A stretch of 63,644 nt of DNA, filler included, from Octopus bimaculoides (taxonomy: Eukaryota), in assembly GCF_001194135.2 (NCBI RefSeq). It is 7 parts of 5 records of this genome, joined end to end, with 100 filler letters (N's around TTAATTAATTAA, not from the genome) between each part and the next. Parts side by side here need not be neighbours in the genome. Positions count along the whole stretch, not along the records: positions 45,072 to 57,174 come from NC_068985.1; positions 57,275 to 59,519 come from NC_068995.1; positions 59,620 to 62,164 come from NC_069010.1; positions 62,265 to 63,644 come from NW_026377507.1; 3 more parts are not named here. One strand, 5' to 3'. The translations under genes were made by a program, and so were the position numbers. How positions within the stretch are numbered: position 1 is the stretch's first letter; each line of letters starts with the position of its first letter. Under the pieces are notes generated by a model. It saw only the letters and a program-made list of their open reading frames with translations, was not told the DNA's origin and searched no databases. Positions 55,726 through 63,644 of the stretch are shown piece by piece.

Positions 55726-57126
55726 NNNNNNNNNNNNNNNNNNNNNNNNNNNNNNNNNNNNNNNNNNNNNNNNNNNNNNNNNNNNNNNNNNNNNNNNNNN
55801 NNNNNNNNNNNNNNNNNNNNNNNNNNNNNNNNNNNNNNNNNNNNNNNNNNNNNNNNNNNNNNNNNNNNNNNNNNNNNNNNNNNNNNNNNNNNNNNNNNNN
55901 NNNNNNNNNNNNNNNNNNNNNNNNNNNNNNNNNNNNNNNNNNNNNNNNNNNNNNNNNNNNNNNNNNNNNNNNNNNNNNNNNNNNNNNNNNNNNNNNNNNN
56001 NNNNNNNNNNNNNNNNNNNNNNNNNNNNNNNNNNNNNNNNNNNNNNNNNNNNNNNNNNNNNNNNNNNNNNNNNNNNNNNNNNNNNNNNNNNNNNNNNNNN
56101 NNNNNNNNNNNNNNNNNNNNNNNNNNNNNNNNNNNNNNNNNNNNNNNNNNNNNNNNNNNNNNNNNNNNNNNNNNNNNNNNNNNNNNNNNNNNNNNNNNNN
56201 NNNNNNNNNNNNNNNNNNNNNNNNNNNNNNNNNNNNNNNNNNNNNNNNNNNNNNNNNNNNNNNNNNNNNNNNNNNNNNNNNNNNNNNNNNNNNNNNNNNN
56301 NNNNNNNNNNNNNNNNNNNNNNNNNNNNNNNNNNNNNNNNNNNNNNNNNNNNNNNNNNNNNNNNNNNNNNNNNNNNNNNNNAAAAAAAAAAAAAAAATCA
56401 AAAACAAGAAAAAATCCCCAGAAGACATAAATATTTGGGTTGACGTGTTTGACTAAAATCCTTCAAAGCTGTACCCCCGCATGGCCGCAGTTCAACGACT
56501 GAAACGAGTAAAAGGTAATAACAGATAAAAGAAGATACCACGAACTTCATTCCAGCCCACCTACAGCCACCCCATTATCCCAACTCACTTCGTATTCTCA
56601 TCATTACAATGAAGAGATCAACTCGAGCCGCTGAGGCATCGCAAAGCAATGATGCCAGTAGTAACGTGATATGGCTTTCTTCGTGACTACATTTACATGC
56701 TAAATTTAATTAAAGGCCCCCATCTCTTTCTGAACAACATATACAGTTTAATATCTTCACTGTTTTCCGTTGCAGTTGAAAGACAATTATATATATATTG
56801 GTTAATCCCAGATGTTTGGAACATGGCACTATGCTTGCTTGTTGTGTTCATAAATTCAGATTGTTAACACAGATTGTTAAAGCCATTTCAGTCATTCTCG
56901 GTTCACTTCAATACGTTTCCTGTCATTTATTGCCACACACGCACAGAATCATTTAGTAAACTAACAACTTCATTCCGCAAACCATTTCATCCTTTACCTC
57001 ATATCCTCTTTCGTTTCTCGACGCCTCTAATTCCTTCTTCTGAAGCTCCCTCTTTCTTTCTTTCTTTTTTCCATTTTTTTTCTTTCTACCTGACTTTTCC
57101 TTTCCTACTCCTATTTCAAACGCTTC

Positions 57127-57174
<48 letters not shown>

Positions 57175-57304
57175 NNNNNNNNNNNNNNNNNNNNNNNNNN
57201 NNNNNNNNNNNNNNNNNNTTAATTAATTAANNNNNNNNNNNNNNNNNNNNNNNNNNNNNNNNNNNNNNNNNNNNAGCATATATATATAGCCCCCCCACCC
57301 CATC

Positions 57305-57474
57305 ACCACCATCGCTTGACAACTGATGTTGGTGTGTTTACTTCCCCCGTAACTTAGCAGTTTAGCAAAAGACACCAATAGAATAAGTATTAGACTTACA
57401 AAGAATAAGTCCAGGGGTCGATTTGTTCAACTAAAGGTGGTGCTCCAGAATGGCTGCAGTCAAATGACTGAAAA

Positions 57475-57513
<39 letters not shown>

Positions 57514-57610
57514 CATACATACATATACACACACGACAGGCTTCTTTCAGTTTCCATCTACCAAATCTACTTACAAGGCTTTGGTTGGCCCAGGGCTATA
57601 GTAGAAGACA
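57305..57610. mobile_element. S3 SINE 3' half (+) abutting S3 5' half (-) through (AT)n
   Basis: cccgtaacttagcagtttagcaaaagac...cagtcaaatgactgaaa, then (AT)n, then cgacaggcttctttcagtttccatctaccaaatc. Confidence 0.75.
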
Positions 57611-57716
57611 ATTTAAAACTCCATAATACTTTGGGAAGCTTAAGTTTTTTGGGGGGTAGGGATGGTGTATAATATATGTATATCTGTGTATATATTTAAT
57701 CTTTGTTTACAGAAAT

Positions 57717-57987
57717 ATGGAGACTATTAAACCACAATTAGAGAAATATGGGCAAGAACATCTTGTTAAGTTCTGGAATGAACTAAGCAAAGCTGAACAA
57801 AGTGGCTATCTAGCAGAACTGAAGAAATTGAACTTGGAAGAAATCACAGGTTACTTTAAAAATGCCCAGGAGACTCTGAAAGCAGCCAGCAACAAGATTG
57901 ATGATCTTCTACAACCTCTGCCTTCAGATGTCTATGGGAGTTTTCAGGACTCATCACCAGAACAGTTAGCCAAATACTATGAAAAAG
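57717..57987 (+). CDS. UAP1: First coding exon of UDP-N-acetylglucosamine pyrophosphorylase
   Basis: METIKPQLEKYGQEHLVKFWNELSKAEQSGYLAELKKLNLEEITGYF...LQPLPSDVYGS...YYEKG matches the UAP1/AGX N-terminus (GQEHLLRFWNEL, recalled). Acceptor ctttgtttacag ends at 57712; phase-1 donor G|gtaaga at 57988. Confidence 0.92.
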
Positions 57988-58974
57988 GTAAGAGGATTTT
58001 TTGGATGGGTTTTTTAATAATTTCACATCCAATTTTTCAGTGTTCTTCAGTTTGTATTAGGAAATTTCATAAATTTAGAGTTAAAGAAAAATTGTATGTA
58101 ACTTCTGAAATAAGAAGTTATTTTTATCCTTTTATTTATATTTGTTATTTATTCAGGTATGTTGTTGTTTTAACCCTAGATCAGTCCTGGTTGAGTTATA
58201 CTTATGATCAAAGTTGTTCCAGTAATGATCCTTGTTTTTGTAAGACAGTAGGGTGTAATTCATAGTCTTGTGATTCATCTTAGAGGACAGAGACTCTGAT
58301 TATGGACTGGCTTGAACTATGATGTCTCCTTTAATCCATACCATTGTGAATAGTAGACTTCAGATGGCGGTGAGAGGAGGTTATAACACATTAGTATAAG
58401 CAGCAACATCATTATATCATTTAACAAATGTCTTAATTTGTACTATTGATATGAAATCCTTTCATAGCCCTACACCGGCAACAAGTCCTCACTCCATCTG
58501 TGTGTGTGTTGTTTTATTTTATAGAATCATTTACATTAAAATGAAATCTGCAATGAATTTTTCAGTGAGCTACAATATGATTTCTTATTGTCGTTAGAGC
58601 AAGATTCTAATTGTCAGCTGTTGTTTATTGTAACAACTATACAACTGAAAACATATGATTCATCATGACTAAAAGCAGACCATAAGTCAAATGACAATAT
58701 TTGAATTATCCATCACTCCTGCTTACAGGCCAATACTTTGCTTGTCAGATTTTTTTTTAACCAGCAATGCACAACAGAGCAATTGTTGTTATACCCTGTA
58801 CTTTGTTCATAAAGTTTGGAAACTGTATTAAAAACCAGGTGTTTACCTATTTTAACCTATAAATTTAAGTAATGACTGTGGTTAAGAAATTAGCTTTGCA
58901 ACTCTGTGGTTTTGGGTTCAGTCCCACTGCATAGCATCTTGTCTTCTATAACCTTGGGTTTACTAATGCTTTGT

Positions 58975-59116
58975 CGTCGTCGTCGTCGTCGTTTAACATC
59001 CGCTTTCCATGCTAGCATGGGTTGGACGATTTGACTGAGGACTGGTGAAACCAGATCGCTACACCAGGCTCCAATCTGATTTGGCAGAGTTTCTACAGCT
59101 GGATGCCCTTCCTAAG
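58975..59116 (-). mobile_element. 3' end of a retroposon with (CGA)n tail, inserted next to an S3 head
   Basis: Minus strand ttaggaagggcatccagctgtagaaactctgcc...ccaacccatgctagcatggaaagcggatgttaaa(cga)n; an S3-like head lies at 58870-58972. Confidence 0.55.
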
Positions 59117-59488
59117 TGGGTGGAATTTGGCAGGGTGGGTTAGAAATTGTATGGAAGCCCATCACACACAAAAACACTTAGATATATCATCTTTGTTTTA
59201 AACGTCCATTTTCCATGCTTGTATGAGTCAGTTTGTTTATTGAAATTGATCATTAAGGTCAAGAGGTAAGGTAAATGATAGCTCCATTAGTCTATCTTAT
59301 GTCTGTCTCTCTCTCACCCCACCCCCTCTCTCTCCAACAGGTACCAAACTGTGTGTGTTTAGATTGTGCCGGTAGGTACAGGACTGTCAATGTGTATGTA
59401 GCCAGTTGGTACTAAGTTGTATGTCCTGTACATAAAGACAAGGTGAAGAAGTAGCTCGACATATTTATATTATATATATATATATCTA

Positions 59489-59519
<31 letters not shown>

Positions 59520-59650
59520 NNNNNNNNNNNNNNNNNNNNNNNNNNNNNNNNNNNNNNNNNNNNTTAATTAATTAANNNNNNNNNNNNNNNNNNNNNNNNN
59601 NNNNNNNNNNNNNNNNNNNTGGTGGTGGTGGTGGTGGTGGTGATGATGAA

Positions 59651-59681
<31 letters not shown>

Positions 59682-59785
59682 GTGCTGATGGTGGTGACGA
59701 TGATGATGAAGATGATGATGACGATGACGATGACGATGATGATGATGGTTGATGATGATGATGATGATGGTTGATGGTTGATGGT

Positions 59786-59817
<32 letters not shown>

Positions 59818-59869
59818 TTGAATGTCTAACGAAGCGGAAAACATAACGAGCGTTAAATTCGAACATTCA

Positions 59870-60142
<273 letters not shown>

Positions 60143-60512
60143 TCAATGCCTCGCGCTATCGAGGGACTAAATAAGTAAAAAAAAAACTACCAAAAAAAAA
60201 AAAACAAAAAAAAATTAAATATATCTATGAAGAAACGATGAATATTTTTTCATTATGAGGTTTTTTCCCGCTGACTACTTGATAAATTCTTATAAAGAAT
60301 TTATCCTATATTATATTATATATACATACATAGATATATATACATACACACAGACATACAGATATAAATTCAAATGAATCGATGCCAGTTCTCTTTTCTT
60401 AAACTGGTGCATCAGTTCTCTTTTGCCAAACTGCTAAGTCATGGGGACATACACAGACACAAAGACAGACATACATAGACACATACATACATACATACAT
60501 ACATACATACAC

Positions 60513-60543
<31 letters not shown>

Positions 60544-60546
60544 TAT

Positions 60547-60668
60547 ATATTGTTGTATTTGGGAATGGTCATGTTGCCAGTTTAGCCAATAAAAACACAC
60601 GCACTATATATTTGGTGTAATTTTATTGGCTAAACTGGCAACATGACCATCCCCAAATACAACAATAT
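60547..60668. mobile_element. 122-bp hairpin MITE-like element (48-bp inverted arms); second copy at 61192-61313
   Basis: atattgttgtatttgggaatggtcatgttgccagtttagccaataaaa / ttttattggctaaactggcaacatgaccatccccaaatacaacaatat; set in TA/TACA repeats. Confidence 0.85.
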
Positions 60669-61157
60669 CTGTTTCAACACACGATTTCACATCAAGAATT
60701 TTGCTAAACAAATATATAAACAGAATATATATGATGGACTTCTTTCAGCTTCCATCTACCAAATCCACTCACAAGGCTTTGGTCAGCGNNNNNNNNNNNN
60801 NNNNNNNNNNNNNNNNNNNNNNNNNNNNNNNNNNNNNNNNNNNNNNNNNNNNNNNNNNNNNNNNNNNNNNNNNNNNNNNNNNNNNNNNNNNNNNNNNNNN
60901 NNNNNNNNNNNNNNNNNNNNNNNNNNNNNNNNNNNNNNNNNNNNNNNNNNNNNNNNNNNNNNNNNNNNNNNNNNNNNNNNNNNNNNNNNNNNNNNNNNNN
61001 NNNNNNNNNNNNNNNNNNNNNNNNNNNNNNNNNNNNNNNNNNNNNNNNNNNNNNNNNNNNNNNNNNNNNNNNNNNNNNNNNNNNNNNNNNNNNNNNNNNN
61101 NNNNNNNNNNNNGACATACATAGACACATACATACATACATACATACATACATACAC

Positions 61158-61188
<31 letters not shown>

Positions 61189-61374
61189 TATATATTGTTG
61201 TATTTGGGAATGGTCATGTTGCCAGTTTAGCCAATAAAAACACACGCACTATATATTTGGTGTAATTTTATTGGCTAAACTGGCAACATGACCATCCCCA
61301 AATACAACAATATCTGTTTCAACACACGATTTCACATCAAGAATTTTGCTAAACAAATATATAAACAGAATATA

Positions 61375-61535
61375 TATGATGGACTTCTTTCAGCTTCCAT
61401 CTACCAAATCCACTCACAAGGCTTTGGTCAGCGCAAGTCTATAGTAGAAGACACTTGCTCAACGTGTCACCCAGTGGGATTGAACCCAGAACCAGGTGGT
61501 TGGGAAGCAAGCTTTTTTACCACACAACCATTCCT
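61375..61535 (-). mobile_element. S3 SINE 5' half
   Basis: Matches 15900-16053. Confidence 0.8.
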
Positions 61536-61689
61536 ATACATACATCCTTGATTCTAAACTTACCTGTTTGGCATTTCCGACCCAGAAAGTGAGATGTGCG
61601 AAACAAACAAACCGTCCAGACTCCGGCTGTAACAGAGAAAAAGAGACAATGTGAGAGTAGTCTGAGGGTGAGTGTGAGGGTACATGTGA

Positions 61690-62164
61690 GTTGGAGTAGG
61701 AATGGAAAGTGTGAGTGAGAGGAAGAGTGACAGGTATCTCCACAAATTTGGTTACTATGGCAGAGCAGCAAGAAGGAAGCCACTTCTTCGACAAGCTAAC
61801 ATCAAGCAGAGAAAAGATTGGGCCAGTGAGATGGTGGAGAGGGCATTAGCATTTTGGAACACTGTCGCATTTTCTGATGAGTCCAGTTTTGCTGTATTTC
61901 CTGACCGCGGTCAAGTGTGGGTCTGGAGACTCTGTGATCAAGAATTTGATGTGAAAAGATTGCAACCAGCAATGAAACACAGCAGCTATTCTGTGATGGT
62001 CTGGGGAGCAATTTGGAGCAATGGTTGATCAGAACTGGTGGAGTGTGAGGGAAACATAAACTCAGATAAATATGTGTCCATATTGCAGAAAGGACGCCTT
62101 CCAATCTTCTTCAGTGGTGAAATGATTAAAGAAAACTTTTTATTTATGGAAGACGGAGCCCCTA
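61690..62164 (+). mobile_element. Tc1-family transposase fragment (pseudogenised, cut by the contig end)
   Basis: [19 protein letters not shown]...[10 protein letters not shown]...[30 protein letters not shown]...FLFMEDGAP, containing the first and second catalytic Asp motifs. Confidence 0.92.
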
Positions 62165-62533
62165 NNNNNNNNNNNNNNNNNNNNNNNNNNNNNNNNNNNN
62201 NNNNNNNNTTAATTAATTAANNNNNNNNNNNNNNNNNNNNNNNNNNNNNNNNNNNNNNNNNNNNATATATATCAATGTTTGTGTTTCTGTGATAATAAAA
62301 ATAATTTTACATTAAGCTGAAGTATTACTCAATACATGTGTTAGAGTACAAATTTATCTTTCGTTAACAAGAATAGTATGGATAGTGACTTGAAAGTTTA
62401 GGGCAACAGTCCGACGAACAGGAACTTCAAACTCTGCGTAGCAGTTTTGTTTTTGTGTGTGATGTTTCTGCAACTTTAATAGTAAAGCATATTAGTCTAC
62501 CTCCGGTATTCGAGTACTGTTTTTTTCCGCATT

Positions 62534-62577
<44 letters not shown>

Positions 62578-63602
62578 ATAGATAGATAGATAGATATTTG
62601 CAGTAGTATGTGTACGAACATTTTTTTAAACCTGCAGTTAGCCCGTAGTTATAAAGTTTCTTTAATAGCATTGATGAAAATATATATTTAACTTTTCGCT
62701 AAAATTTTCTTGTTTATATCAGCTATTTAAAAATACATAATTATGAAAGGAGAACTTCGAAGAGTGCCTGCAGTATCGAAATATTTCTAAACATTTCTTT
62801 AATCTGTGATCAACTTGAACTAATTTCAACAATTGCTTTATTAAACTAAAATGGCAGAGAAGATGCGAGTGAGAGTACAAGAAAGAATGGTATGGTGGAC
62901 GATAGACAATTGGATTTCAAATACCACAAATTTTATGTCTTTCGAGAATCAGATGTGATATGAGAAACAATTGACTAATTAAATTTCTGGATTTTTAAAC
63001 GTAACAATAATTATCTTAAACGTCTGCAGGTAGGCGACGAAAAAACTTGGGAGTAAATATCTACAATTTTACCTCATCGCTTGCTGTGTATGTTAATAGC
63101 CATAACAATCAGCCATTTGTTATTCGGTTTCGTCTAAAATATCACGAGCTTGAATTTCGATTCGTTCCGCAGACATTACAAAGAATTAGAAGGGCGTGGC
63201 ACCACAGATATTAACAAATTGGACAGCAGGCTTTCTTAAGGTTTAGTGCATTGGGTCAACACGGTGGATTTTCAGGTCGCTACTGCTTTCTCGTATATAC
63301 ACTCATCGCTTTTAATTTTAGTTATTTTTTTTTTTGTGATATATAAATAAATATAGCTTGAGCGAGTGTGGTTGCATTCATAAATTCATACACACAGAGA
63401 GTCATACGTGTGTGTACATATATACATACATATTTATACATATGTGCGTACACATACTTAAACTTACACGCGTGTATGTATATATGCTTATTTATATACG
63501 TACGCAGGGTCGCGCGGGCACGCATGCACACAGACACATACACATGTATATAGATAGAGATAAATAGATAGACAGATAGATAGTTATAGATTTGTATATA
63601 CA

Positions 63603-63644
<42 letters not shown>

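Overview
This is AT-rich, microsatellite-saturated eukaryotic genomic DNA from a fragmented draft assembly. The repeat families and dinucleotide/trinucleotide load resemble an Octopus (coleoid cephalopod) genome; that assignment is inference from recalled repeat families, not a database hit. The window is not one locus. Six identical 100-nt spacers (N44-TTAATTAATTAA-N44) join seven pieces, and one piece ends in Illumina adapter sequence. Only two host exons can be identified with confidence: the first coding exon of UAP1 (+, 57717-57987) and an internal HPD exon (-, 59885-59989), on different pieces. The rest is decayed mobile DNA. This includes a Penelope-like RT element bracketed by inverted repeats, R4/Dong-type LINEs in (TAA)n tracts, and RTE, CR1-like and L1/Tx1 fragments. 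There are also Tc1 and maT (DD37D-type) remnants, two foldback/MITE elements and several tRNA-derived SINE families. The most interesting unannotated signal is a set of hammerhead-ribozyme-like motifs, the best at 50521-50611; all copies appear degenerate. Also notable are a non-coding ~600-bp element sharing the (TAA)n niche with R4/Dong and a head-to-tail SINE array. No intact transposon ORF, CRISPR array, rRNA or bona fide tRNA gene was found, and I see no clear evidence of an intact novel protein-coding system.
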